DNA from: an uncultured cyanobacterium | Lineage (GTDB): Bacteria; Cyanobacteriota; Cyanobacteriia; Cyanobacteriales; CAWUOF01 | DNA: 64,000 nucleotides | Assembly (NCBI GenBank): GCA_963744145.1 | Contig: CAVUSO010000001.1 | Span: forward strand, 6,304,001-6,368,000 | Reading direction: 5' to 3' | Shown: piece by piece, positions 31,510 through 41,764 of the stretch | How positions within the stretch are numbered: position 1 is the stretch's first letter | Layout of the letters: each line of letters begins with the position of its first letter | Notes under the pieces: model-generated | The model's database searches: none | What the model saw: only the letters and a program-made list of their open reading frames with translations | Told to the model about the DNA's origin: nothing | Made by a program: the position numbers and the translations under genes

Positions 31510-32262
31510 TTGCAGCCAGTTACAAGGAAAATAGGAAATCTCGTGCTACAACGCCTCAAGCAGGACTTAAAAAATGACCTGATTGCGGGTCTTCTGGTAG
31601 TTATTCCCCTGGCTACCACGATTTGGCTAACAATTACGATCGCGAGCTGGGTCGTCAATTTTCTCACCCGCATTCCCAAACAAATTAACCCATTTGACAA
31701 TTTACACCCAATCTTAGGGAATCTCATTAATTTATTGGTCGGGTTTGCTGTACCGTTGAGCTGCATTTTGTTAATTGGATTGATGGCTCGGAATATTGCC
31801 GGACGATGGTTGCTCGATTTAGGTGAAAGACTTTTACAAGCAATCCCCTTAGCAGGAGCCGTATACAAAACCCTGAAACAGTTACTAGAAACTCTACTCA
31901 AAGACTCAAATGGAAAATTTCGGCGGGTAATTTTAATCGAATATCCTCGTCGTGGGATCTGGACGATCGGGTTTGTGACGGGTACTCTCGGTGAGGATTT
32001 TCCTTGTCCGAGATCAGGACCGATGTTAAGTGTTTTTCTACCCACCACTCCCAACCCAGCGACAGGTTGGTATGCTGTGGTGAGTGAAGATGAGGTGATC
32101 GACTTGCCGATTTCAGTGGAAGATGCCTTTAAGGTGATTGTGTCTGGTGGAATCGTGAGTCCAAGCGATATCTCTGCTAGCTACATTACCTCAATTAAAG
32201 AAAAGCCAGTAGAAAGACCATTCCGAGAAGTGAAACACCAAACTATACCTGTAGAAGAATGA
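31510..32262 (+). CDS. DUF502 family protein
   Basis: AGLLVVIPLATT, IEYPRRG and PTTPNPATGW motifs. Confidence 0.9.
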   Translation: MQPVTRKIGNLVLQRLKQDLKNDLIAGLLVVIPLATTIWLTITIASWVVNFLTRIPKQINPFDNLHPILGNLINLLVGFAVPLSCILLIGLMARNIAGRWLLDLGERLLQAIPLAGAVYKTLKQLLETLLKDSNGKFRRVILIEYPRRGIWTIGFVTGTLGEDFPCPRSGPMLSVFLPTTPNPATGWYAVVSEDEVIDLPISVEDAFKVIVSGGIVSPSDISASYITSIKEKPVERPFREVKHQTIPVEE

Positions 32263-32344
32263 TGCCGATCGCCCATAAATTAACCTAGGGGCGAAGACAG
32301 CTAACGCCCCTCATACTTAATAATTACTAGAAATACCCTTAATT

Positions 32345-32974
32345 ATGCAAGCCCGTCGAATTGCCCGTGAATTAGCTCTGCTTGGTTTAAGTCAGTTGAG
32401 TAGCAATCAGGAAAAACTGGAAAATCAGCAATTACAAGATGTCATCCTCGCTGCGATCCGGACTTTGACTACAGAAGCGCAAGAAACGTTAGAAACCGCT
32501 GTAGCTGAACTCAAGCGCGGTAGTGATTGGCTCCTGAAAAGTGAAACTCGTGCTACTGATGTTAAGAGCGCAACAGTAATGGTGCAAGATGCAATCAATC
32601 TGACTCAGACTGCAATTAACCGCATGGGAATAGCGATCGAGTTACCAGAATTTATCCAACTAGCTAATCAAAAAGAAGTCCGCTCTTATGCTCTGGAAAT
32701 TCTCAGCCACGTCAATATTAAAAAAGCCCAGATTGATGAGGAAATTACCCAATCAATGGTCGATTGGCAATTAAGTCGTTTACCGAGAATCGATCGAGAT
32801 ATTTTGAGAATAGCTGTAGCAGAAATGCTATTTATTGGTCTTCCTAATCGTGTTGCTATTAATGAAGCGGTCGAGTTGGCTAAACGTTATAGTGGGGAAG
32901 AAGGACATAAATTTATTAACGGAGTTCTGCGTCGTTTTACTGACAAACAAAAAGATCTGGAAACTAAGAGTTAA
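32345..32974 (+). CDS. nusB: Transcription antitermination factor NusB
   Basis: [30 protein letters not shown] and FINGVL motifs. Confidence 0.95.
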   Translation: MQARRIARELALLGLSQLSSNQEKLENQQLQDVILAAIRTLTTEAQETLETAVAELKRGSDWLLKSETRATDVKSATVMVQDAINLTQTAINRMGIAIELPEFIQLANQKEVRSYALEILSHVNIKKAQIDEEITQSMVDWQLSRLPRIDRDILRIAVAEMLFIGLPNRVAINEAVELAKRYSGEEGHKFINGVLRRFTDKQKDLETKS

Positions 32975-32995
32975 GTTGATCCAGGGATTCGGTGG

Positions 32996-33134
32996 TTGAT
33001 GAAGTACAGTCAGATTATGGGACAGGTATCTGCTTGTCCGATCAGTTAAAGTCAATTGTGATTGATCTGTGTTGGTTGGGCGGGTTTATGATATTGATCT
33101 ATTGGTGTCAGAATTAATTGGTGAACCCGCTCCT
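32996..33134 (+). repeat. About 140-bp dispersed composite repeat, copy 1
   Basis: Aligns by eye with 47818-47956; contains a degenerate GTGG-type REP and a GGGCGGGTT...AACCCGC hairpin. Confidence 0.8.
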
Positions 33135-33199
33135 TGTATCTTTAAAGGATACAGATAATTGGACTCTAGCTGGTGATATTCCTCTATCGTATCCATTGA

Positions 33200-33784
33200 T
33201 CACAAAATATCGTCAACACTAATTACTAAATCTGGAAACGCAAGGGGTGAGATACTTTCACCGCGTCTGAATTGTTGGACACTTTCATAGCCATTAGCGC
33301 CGGGATGGCGATAAACCTCAACTAATTCAGCCCTAATATCTACGATCCAAAGTTCTATAATTCCTGCTTGACGGTAGAGGACTGATTTCTCATTACGGTC
33401 ATATTCCACCGTAGTAACCGATACTTCAATTAATAGATATACGTCTTGGGGTTGTGGAATCTGATGCCTGTAACCATCTTCACGTCGTCTCAAAATTGAT
33501 AGATCGGGTTCTGGTTCTAATCCGCCGTTTAGCCTGACTGGGGTCTGTGACAAGATTGTGGCACGTTTAACTAACCCCAGGATGAAAATCTCAAGCAAAC
33601 GACCAACACAACTTAAATGACCACTACCCATCGGTGCCATAAGCATAATATCCCCATTAATTAGTTCTGTCCGTTCATCCGGTCCTATTATCCCTAATTC
33701 ACCTAGTTTGTGATATTCCTCGACCGTGAACTTCTTTCTTGTTGGTTTTGTTGCTGTTGCTACTGCGATCATCTTTCTCACCAT
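33200..33784 (-). CDS. Uma2 family putative endonuclease
   Basis: FTVEEY, PEPDL and LLIEVS motifs; paralog of 4404 and 34201. Confidence 0.9.
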   Translation of the reverse strand: MVRKMIAVATATKPTRKKFTVEEYHKLGELGIIGPDERTELINGDIMLMAPMGSGHLSCVGRLLEIFILGLVKRATILSQTPVRLNGGLEPEPDLSILRRREDGYRHQIPQPQDVYLLIEVSVTTVEYDRNEKSVLYRQAGIIELWIVDIRAELVEVYRHPGANGYESVQQFRRGESISPLAFPDLVISVDDIL

Positions 33785-33953
33785 CCTATTTACTGAATAG
33801 CTCCGATCATTCTCATTCTAATTGCATTCACTTAGAACTATGGGATTTAGCACTCAAACGATTATTCAATCAGGTTTTGCGGTACTTGCGAAAATTCAGA
33901 ATTTACGACTAAACCAGAGACAGTCGCTATTCGCTATAATAATTCAAGTTTCC

Positions 33954-34027
33954 GTAGCAAAATCTTCTGAGTCAATATCCCAGTTTACCCAACGAATTGC
34001 TTCTCGAGCAGAATCCAAATCGGGGGG
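33954..34027 (-). pseudogene. C-terminal gene remnant (DUF6745-like)
   Basis: PPDLDSAREAIRWVNWDIDSEDFATET-stop; family recognised from memory only. Confidence 0.45.
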
Positions 34028-34200
34028 GTTGTTTTTCGATCGCAGTCCCATCACCCTAACGATCCAATGGCTGTCAATTCTCTGGCTAGAGAATGAACGA
34101 TATTTTCAATAATTACGAGTATTAAGCAAACGGATATAAAATTTGAAAGTGTTATTTATAAATGATTACAGCGATTAAATCCGGTTGATTAATTTTGTTG

Positions 34201-34800
34201 TTATTCCCCAAAAATCGCATCGATACTAATCACTATGTCTGGAAATGAAAGAGGGGAGATACTTTCACCGCGTCTAAATTGTTGGATACTTTCATAACCA
34301 TTAGCGCCGGGATGGCGATAAACCTCTAGTACGGGCGTATTGCAATACGCCCCTTCGATATCTACGATCCAAAGTTCAATAATCCCAGCTCTAGCATAGA
34401 CAACTGACTTGACATTACGGTCATGGTCAATAGTGGTATCCGATACTTCTATTAATAAATAGATGTCTTGGACTTGGGGTAAGGATTTTATATAATCATC
34501 CCTACGATGTTTCAAAATTGATAGATCGGGTTCCGGTTGTAATCTTCCGTTTAATCTGACTGGGATTTGGTCTATGACCAAAGCTCGCTTTCTTAAATTT
34601 TCAGAAAAAATTCTATCCAACCGAATTATGTACCCAGCATGACGAGTACCCATTGGTGCCATATAAATAATATCCCCATCAATTAGTTCTGTCCTACCAT
34701 CCCCAAGCATCCCCAATTCACTCAGTTGGTAATATTCCTCTACTGTGAATTGCTTTCTTGTTGGTTTTGTTGCTGTTGCTACTGCGGTCATCTTTCTCAC
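34201..34800 (-). CDS. Uma2 family putative endonuclease with an in-frame palindrome insertion
   Basis: Same Uma2 motifs; EGAYCNTPVL replaces the RAELV/PAELV seen in the paralogs. Confidence 0.9.
   Translation of the reverse strand: MRKMTAVATATKPTRKQFTVEEYYQLSELGMLGDGRTELIDGDIIYMAPMGTRHAGYIIRLDRIFSENLRKRALVIDQIPVRLNGRLQPEPDLSILKHRRDDYIKSLPQVQDIYLLIEVSDTTIDHDRNVKSVVYARAGIIELWIVDIEGAYCNTPVLEVYRHPGANGYESIQQFRRGESISPLSFPDIVISIDAIFGE
34327..34354. repeat. 28-nt REP-like palindromic element inside the Uma2 CDS
   Basis: TAGTACGGGCGTATTGCAATACGCCCCT. Confidence 0.85.
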
Positions 34801-34880
34801 TATCCTATTTACTGACTAGCTCGGCTAATTCTCATTCTAATTGCGTTCACGTAGTGATTAAATCTTTGATCCACGGTTGT

Positions 34881-35570
34881 TTAAATATAACCATGTTCTG
34901 TCAAAAACGCGGGAGTAATATCCGCTAAATTGCTCGTAGCATTAATTACTCTAGTACCAAGTAACCGAGCCACATATTTACCTAAAATATCAGCTTCAAT
35001 ATTGACCAAATTGCCAGATTTTAAATGGTAGAGATTAGTCTGAGTAAAAGTATGGGGAATAACCGCCACTTTAAACCAACTACCATCCCGATCGCAATCA
35101 GCTACAGTTAAACTAACTCCATTAACGGCAATACTCCCCTTGGGAACTAAATAAGGAGAAATTTGTTCTTCCCACAGAGACGTTAGCTTGGTTGGAGTTG
35201 TAAAAGTCATTTCCCAAGAATTGGCTGTAGGGACAGATGTTTGTAAGCAACCCACTCCATCAATATGTCCAGTGACAAAATGTCCTCCGAGTTTACTACC
35301 TACTCGCAAGGAAGTTTCGAGATTAACATAACCAACTGACTCGGATTGTCCCAAGGTAGTCCGGGACAAAGTTTCCGGAGATGTAGCAGCAACAAAACCT
35401 TGGGGTAAGATTTTCACGACGGTTAAACAAATACCATCGACAGAAACACTATCACCGATCACTAAGTCCTGCAAAATTAGATCGGAGGAATCCCCCCCAC
35501 AGCTAATTTGCAAATTATCCGTACCTAATGGCTCAATCGTGCCTAATCCTTGGATTAATCCGGTAAACAC
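34881..35570 (-). CDS. ribE: Riboflavin synthase alpha chain
   Basis: MFTGLI N-terminus; GGHFVTGHIDG and KGSIAVNGVSLTV motifs. Confidence 0.95.
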   Translation of the reverse strand: MFTGLIQGLGTIEPLGTDNLQISCGGDSSDLILQDLVIGDSVSVDGICLTVVKILPQGFVAATSPETLSRTTLGQSESVGYVNLETSLRVGSKLGGHFVTGHIDGVGCLQTSVPTANSWEMTFTTPTKLTSLWEEQISPYLVPKGSIAVNGVSLTVADCDRDGSWFKVAVIPHTFTQTNLYHLKSGNLVNIEADILGKYVARLLGTRVINATSNLADITPAFLTEHGYI

Positions 35571-35786
35571 TGTTTTTAATTTGAAGGTAGAGTTTATCGC
35601 TTTATTTCACTAAGGTATCTTATTCTAGGAGATAAATAGGTTAGAGTGGACATAATGTAGTAATTTTTGGTTGGAATTTTGCTTTAAGCACCTAACCAAA
35701 AAACGGGCACACTATATATCAAGGAAAGCGGTTTTTGCCCCGCTGTCCTGCTGGTCAAAACGAGTTTGGATGGGGTAAGATGCAAC

Positions 35787-36284
35787 ATGATTGAAATGAG
35801 AGTGGCTGGAATTGCCTTGGATGCAGCAACAAGAAGTCCGATTGTCCTACTCAAAGATGCTGGAGAGCGACGGGCTCTTCCCATCTATATAGGTCAAGAT
35901 CAAGCAAAAGCAATTATTAGTGCCCTAGAAAACCAAGCCCCACCTCGACCCCTGACCCATGATCTGTTTGTAAATATTTTACAAGCTTGGGACTTGACTT
36001 TGGATCGGGTGGTGATTCATTCGCTGCAAGACAATACATTTTATGCAGTGCTGATGGTTCATCATGGAGAAGTCAAAAAAGAAATTGACGCTCGTCCCAG
36101 TGATGCGATCGCCATTGCACTCAGAACGAATAGCCCCATCTGGGTGATGGAAGAAGTAATTGCTGATGCTTCCATTCCTGTTGATCGGGATGCGGATGAA
36201 GCTGAACGTCAAGCTTTTCGTGATTTTATCTCGAAATTACGACCGGAGGATTTTAGTCAAAGAGGAAGAACTCATGGAGATTAA
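35787..36284 (+). CDS. Bifunctional nuclease family protein (DUF151)
   Basis: LPIYIG, PRPLTHDL and DARPSDAIAIALR motifs. Confidence 0.92.
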   Translation: MIEMRVAGIALDAATRSPIVLLKDAGERRALPIYIGQDQAKAIISALENQAPPRPLTHDLFVNILQAWDLTLDRVVIHSLQDNTFYAVLMVHHGEVKKEIDARPSDAIAIALRTNSPIWVMEEVIADASIPVDRDADEAERQAFRDFISKLRPEDFSQRGRTHGD

Positions 36285-36344
36285 TTTTTGCTCAACTAAA
36301 AATCTGGAATCTAACCACTAATTTGTAATCGTTAAAATTAACCG

Positions 36345-37473
36345 ATGCGTTATCGACCGATTTGGCAAAACTAATTTGCTCCTGTCTGTACTTTCTTTGG
36401 GAACCATGCGTTATTTGGTTTCTGAAGAAAATGCGATCGCGACAGTAGAGCAAGCTGTAGCTGTTGGCATTAATCATTTGGAAACTGCCAGAGGCTATGG
36501 TAAAAGTGAGAGTTATCTGGGTGCAGCTTTATCAGGTTTGTCCAAAGATCGCTCCCAATTATATATAACTACAAAAATACCTCCCGTCGCTGATCCGAGC
36601 CTGATGGCTAGGTATATTGATGAATCCTTAGTACGTTTACAGGTAGACTATCTCGATGCTCTAGCTATTCATGGGGTGAATACTTGGGACCACTTACAGT
36701 TGGTGCAGTCGGAAAGTGGTTGTATGCAAGCAGTAGCTCAAGCGATCGCGGAGGGAAAAGTAAGAGCTGTGGGGTTTTCCAGTCATGGACCGTTAGAGGT
36801 AATTCTCGGAGCGATTAATACAGATCGATTTGATTTTGTGAATCTCCATTATTATTATTTCTTTCAGCGTCATGCTCAAGCGATCGCTTTGGCTCACCAA
36901 AAAGATTTAGGTATATTTATTATCTCTCCAGGTGATAAGGGTGGAAGACTCTATACACCACCCCAAACCTTAACCGATTTATGCACTCCTTTTACACCAC
37001 TAGAATTAACTTATCGATTTTTGTTAAATGATGCTAGGATTAGTACACTTAGTGTGGGTGCCAGTAATCCGGAAGAATTAGCAATACCCGTCAGTATTAG
37101 CGATCGCGATTATCCTCTAACGCCCGAGGAAAAAGAGGTTTTTCAACGTTTAGAACATCATGCTACTGTTACTTTAGGAACAACTAAATGTAGTCAATGC
37201 TATGCTTGTTTACCTTGTCCAGCAGCCATTAATATTCCCGAAGTATTAAGACTACGCAACCTCGCGATCGGCTATGACATGACCGATTATGGTAAATATC
37301 GTTACGGAATGTTTGAAAATGCTGGTCACTGGTTTGCTGGAGCTAAAGCTAGTCGTTGTACTGAATGTGGGGACTGTTTACCTCGATGTCCGGAAGAGCT
37401 AAATATTCCCTTGTTATTAAAAGATACGGATCAACGTCTTGCTGGTAAATCAGGACGACGATTGTGGGATTAA
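36345..37473 (+). CDS. Aldo/keto reductase with a C-terminal 4Fe-4S domain; +1 frameshift at about 36357
   Basis: MRYR/RFGKTNL start, LETARGYG, GFSSHG, CSQCYACLPCP and CTECGDCLPRCP. Confidence 0.9.
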
Positions 37474-37510
37474 AGTGATCGAGAAAGAGAAGTCAAAAAA
37501 AAAGCTGATT

Positions 37511-38014
37511 ATGAAATTTGATACACCCCAAATCTACCGCAATGCGATGGAATATTTGGTTGCTGAAGAAGTTCAGCAACAGTTGAAGCTAGTACCACCT
37601 AAATTAGCGGAATATTTAGAGGGACATAATCTAGTGGAAGTGATCGCTTATGCTCTCAACCGTTTACCAGCTTTATATGCGACTAGCGAAGAAGGTTGGG
37701 AACAACAAAAATTAAAAGGAAAAAGAGATTTTAATGAACAAATTGTAGTCGCAGTTCGTCAAGCAATAGCAGCAGTTAACAAAGATCCATTGCGGGTTTC
37801 TAATCCGTTGAAACTGACTGAGGAAAACGAATATGAGTCAATATTTTTAAGACTAAAAAGCTTACTCCAACGGGAGGACATCTCTTGGGCAAATTTAGTT
37901 GATGTGATCGAAGAAACTCTCCTGTTAACCGTGCAGGGAAAGATTACTTGGCGTCGGACAAAACAGAACAATTCAGAGTATAAATTGTATCAACGAATGC
38001 GAGGCAATTCTTAA
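37511..38014 (+). CDS. ComFB family protein
   Basis: NAMEYLV, AYALNRLPALYATSEEGW and AVNKDPLR motifs. Confidence 0.8.
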   Translation: MKFDTPQIYRNAMEYLVAEEVQQQLKLVPPKLAEYLEGHNLVEVIAYALNRLPALYATSEEGWEQQKLKGKRDFNEQIVVAVRQAIAAVNKDPLRVSNPLKLTEENEYESIFLRLKSLLQREDISWANLVDVIEETLLLTVQGKITWRRTKQNNSEYKLYQRMRGNS

Positions 38015-38041
38015 TTAGGATTTAGGGGAAAATTAGCAGTT

Positions 38042-38551
38042 ATGAAAAAATCAAAGCTAAAAAACTTATTGATCATTCCTTTTTTGCTAATGTCAGCTTA
38101 TGGTGCGGATGGGAAGGAGCAAATGGCTCCACCTCCACCAACAACTACATCTACCTCAGCTTGCACTCCCCTCCCACCTGACTATCCTTCCCCCAGTCCA
38201 TTACCAACAGAATTAAATCTGCCCAGTTTGTGGTGGGCTAAGGAACAATATCAAAAACAATGTGGTTGTAAACTGCTTGATAGTTGGTTAGTTGATGCCA
38301 ATACATTATGGATCAATTTGATTATCAATCGACAAGTATGGAGTTTACTAAATTACGTCGAACGCTATCAATTTGTGAATCGTATTGGTCTAGATGCTCA
38401 ACATCAAGGTTTTAATATCCGAGTTTGCAATCATCAAGGTGATCAATTAGCTACTTATGCTTGTACTAAAAACAGTTGCCAAATTAAATTAGATGCTTCT
38501 GGAAAGTCTGGATTGACAGGTAATACGGGCAATGATTTATTTGATAACTAA
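38042..38551 (+). CDS. Conserved hypothetical exported protein
   Basis: Signal-like N-terminus; PSLWWAKEQ and WSLLNYVERYQFVN motifs. Confidence 0.7.
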   Translation: MKKSKLKNLLIIPFLLMSAYGADGKEQMAPPPPTTTSTSACTPLPPDYPSPSPLPTELNLPSLWWAKEQYQKQCGCKLLDSWLVDANTLWINLIINRQVWSLLNYVERYQFVNRIGLDAQHQGFNIRVCNHQGDQLATYACTKNSCQIKLDASGKSGLTGNTGNDLFDN

Positions 38552-38555
38552 TTCA

Positions 38556-39644
38556 TCATACTTCTTCATTGACAATTAAACTTCCATCCAATAAAATTTT
38601 TTCTAGATCCAAAATACTCATCATTTTTTCCCGATAGTGAGCAGTTCCACGTAAGTAGTCTTCGCGACCAGAATGAACTGCAACAGGTACAGGTTGGATC
38701 GCTGATGGATGCAAATACATCACATCAAAAACTTCATCAACTGTAATCCCAGCAACTACATGATCAACATGAACCACCATAGTTTTTGAGCGATCGGATA
38801 TCTCACTTAAAGGTAGATTCAAGACCCCGCGAATATCGACTAGAGTGACGATTTCACCCCGGAGATTCATACTACCGACAATATGGCTCGGACAACAGGG
38901 CACAGGAGTCACTTGACCAATCTCAGTAAATTCCCGTACTATCGGTAAATTTAAACCAAAATATTCACCATTTAAACCAATCACAGCTAAGGGAATTAAT
39001 CCAGTAGAAGCTTCAATTTCGGTTGAAAGCATTAAATTTTCAGCGCGATCGCGAAATATTTTTCTAACTTCTGGGGTAGCATTGGGACAAAATAGGGGAG
39101 GTTCTCGTAAGCTGTTGTGATCTAATAGCTCTACTGAGTCTAAATCAGTAGTGAGTGGATTTTGGCTCAATCTGGCTAGAGCAGCATTTGATGTATGATT
39201 GCCCGTTGTGAGTAAATTTTCATGATTGAGGAGCATCACCACATCATTACCTAGATTAGCAATGCCAGCAATAAAATTAGCATGAGCTAGAGCTGTGCCA
39301 TTTTTTTTAGTCCGACTAGAAGCTAAGTTGGTTTTTATTTCAGCGGGGGTAAAGTTTTTAATTTCATAGACTTCATTAACAATTAGCCCGTATTGATGTG
39401 CTGGTGTCTGTAAAACAATAATGGTATCGCTGAGAGAATATTCTGATGATTGATAACCTAACCGTAGATTCAAATCTATGATCGGTAGGATCTCTCCGCG
39501 CAGATTCATCACCCCAACGATATCAATTCTGGTTTCGGCAATAGGTGTTAATTCTGGTAAGAAAAAAATTTCTTGCACAGAGAAGGATGATAGACCATAG
39601 AGAGAATGATGTAAGCGAAAAATTAAATAAGGGATAAATTCCAT
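38556..39644 (-). CDS. cheW: Double-domain CheW protein
   Basis: Two CheW repeats, GVMNLRGEILPIIDL and GSMNLRGEIVTLVDI. Confidence 0.9.
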   Translation of the reverse strand: MEFIPYLIFRLHHSLYGLSSFSVQEIFFLPELTPIAETRIDIVGVMNLRGEILPIIDLNLRLGYQSSEYSLSDTIIVLQTPAHQYGLIVNEVYEIKNFTPAEIKTNLASSRTKKNGTALAHANFIAGIANLGNDVVMLLNHENLLTTGNHTSNAALARLSQNPLTTDLDSVELLDHNSLREPPLFCPNATPEVRKIFRDRAENLMLSTEIEASTGLIPLAVIGLNGEYFGLNLPIVREFTEIGQVTPVPCCPSHIVGSMNLRGEIVTLVDIRGVLNLPLSEISDRSKTMVVHVDHVVAGITVDEVFDVMYLHPSAIQPVPVAVHSGREDYLRGTAHYREKMMSILDLEKILLDGSLIVNEEV

Positions 39645-39700
39645 TACAGGGATCAGGGTTCAGGGTTCAGGTGTTGAGAGCAACACCTCAATACATTATT

Positions 39701-41521
39701 TTAACGTTCTCTTTCGATTTTTTCTGGGTTCAGATTTTTCTGAAAATAGGTCTTGTAGATTTCATGAGCGATCGGTACTGCTGAGACAGCACCAAAACCT
39801 CCATTTTCCACAACTACAGCCACAGCAATTTGGGGATTTTGAGCAGGTCCAAACCCAATATACATGGCATTATCTGGTTGTCCTGGCACTTCTGCTGTAC
39901 CAGTTTTACCTCCAGTCAAAGGAATAGAACCATCATTAAGCTCTTGAGCAGTACCTTTTTGCACCACAGCAATTAATCCAGACCGAATCGTAGCTAGAAC
40001 TTCAGGAGCAATTCCAATTGGTTCTGGTGTAGTTTGGGCAGTATTAGTTTGGGATGCTAATAAATGAGGTTTGACTCGAAACCCACCATTAGCGATCGCT
40101 GACACCATCACTGCTTCTTCTAAAGGTGTCAACAATACCGGACCTTGACCAATTGCCATACTTACCGTATCACCAGTATACCAGGGTTCACCATAAATTT
40201 TTTCCTTATCAGCAGGAGATAAAAGAACACCTGTACTACCAGAATCTAATCCCAAAATATCTAAATTACTTTTATCTCCAATCCCTAATTTATGTCCCCA
40301 TTTAGAAATTTCTTCAGGTCCGGCTGCCATACCAACTTGATAGAAAAAAGTATTGCTACTATAAGCAAAAGCATCAGGGAATCCGATCACACCATAACCA
40401 CCACCATGTTCATGAAATTCAATGCCACCAATATTAATTGAATCATAAGTCATCAAAGTTGAATCAGGTGAAAACTTGCCAGATTGCATTCCCGCAGTTG
40501 CAGTTACTATTTTAAAAGTGCTACCAGGGGGATACCCTTGAAGAGCACGATTAAGCAGGGGATTTTCTTGACTTTGTAATTTCTGCCAATCCCGATTACT
40601 AATAGTATGAGTAAATAAGTTAGGATCAAAAGTCGGTCCGCTTGCCATTACTAATACAGCACCAGTTTTCACATCCATTACCACTACAGCTCCGCGACGA
40701 TTATTCAGCGCTTTTTCCGCAGTTTTTTGGAGATCAAGGTCTAAAGTTGTCTCTACTGGTAAACCAGATAAGGGAGATTGCTGTCCGATTTGACGCAATT
40801 CTTCACCACGAACATCTACTTCAATTAAACGACTACCCCAAGTTCCAGTTAGCTGAGGGTTAGCGATATGTTCGATCCCGACTTTACCCACAATCATCCC
40901 AAAGGGATATTTGGGATTATTTTTTAAGTCTTCCGCACTTGCTTCACCAATATAGCCTAGCACATGGGCAGCTAGGTTTCCATAGGGATAGGAACGGTTA
41001 AATTCAGCCCGAATTTCAATTCCTGGTAATCCAGATAAACGCTCGACGATCGCGACAAAAGTTGGTGAGGTAATATTTTGACTAATGCGTACAGGCATGG
41101 CAGAATTATAACCGCGCTCAGACAATCGATTCAGAATATCCTGAGCAGGTATATTGATAATTGAACTTAATTCAGTTGCTGTACTTTGCCATTGCTCGGG
41201 TGTCTGATCACGCGGCCATAAATATATAGAACGAATGAGATGATTAGAAGCTAATACTCTACCTTTGCGGTCAAAAATACCACCACGAGGTGCAGGAAGT
41301 GCCATCAGACGAATCCGATTTTTGTCAGCTTGCTGTCTGTGTACTTCTCCTTCAATCAATTGTAAGTTGATTAAGCGAATAGTCGGAAATACCATGACAA
41401 TCGTAATGATGATCATTAAAATAATTGCTCGATTTCCTCGATTAATTTGAGCCATCGCTGATGAGGAAAATGCTTTAGTAATAAAGCGTTTGTCTGATGA
41501 AAAAGTTAGTTCTTTAGTCAT
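39701..41521 (-). CDS. mrdA: Penicillin-binding protein 2
   Basis: PRGGIFDRKG, STFK (SxxK), SSN (SxN) and KTGTAE motifs. Confidence 0.93.
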   Translation of the reverse strand: MTKELTFSSDKRFITKAFSSSAMAQINRGNRAIILMIIITIVMVFPTIRLINLQLIEGEVHRQQADKNRIRLMALPAPRGGIFDRKGRVLASNHLIRSIYLWPRDQTPEQWQSTATELSSIINIPAQDILNRLSERGYNSAMPVRISQNITSPTFVAIVERLSGLPGIEIRAEFNRSYPYGNLAAHVLGYIGEASAEDLKNNPKYPFGMIVGKVGIEHIANPQLTGTWGSRLIEVDVRGEELRQIGQQSPLSGLPVETTLDLDLQKTAEKALNNRRGAVVVMDVKTGAVLVMASGPTFDPNLFTHTISNRDWQKLQSQENPLLNRALQGYPPGSTFKIVTATAGMQSGKFSPDSTLMTYDSINIGGIEFHEHGGGYGVIGFPDAFAYSSNTFFYQVGMAAGPEEISKWGHKLGIGDKSNLDILGLDSGSTGVLLSPADKEKIYGEPWYTGDTVSMAIGQGPVLLTPLEEAVMVSAIANGGFRVKPHLLASQTNTAQTTPEPIGIAPEVLATIRSGLIAVVQKGTAQELNDGSIPLTGGKTGTAEVPGQPDNAMYIGFGPAQNPQIAVAVVVENGGFGAVSAVPIAHEIYKTYFQKNLNPEKIERER

Positions 41522-41764
41522 ATTTATAAGTTACATTGTTTTGCTGAAAAGATTTATTCTCAGACCTAGAACTCAAATCCGGTTTAATTACTTATTTATC
41601 ACCCGGTGAATTATTAGAGTTTTATAGCTAATTATACCCATTGTTAAAGTAGCTACAATTAAGCGACGCTTATATACTTCATACTCCTGACTACTAATTC
41701 CGGAAATTTTTTTGAAAAGATTTGAAACTGGCGATCGCTTTAAGGATTTTGGTAGATAATTTAC

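Noticed and set aside
31488..32054. 188-aa antisense ORF and similar short track ORFs overlapping conserved genes
   Set aside because: Shadow frames of well-supported genes on the other strand or frame.
33822..34112. 96-aa plus-strand ORF
   Set aside because: No recognisable motifs; it overlaps an opposite-strand gene remnant.
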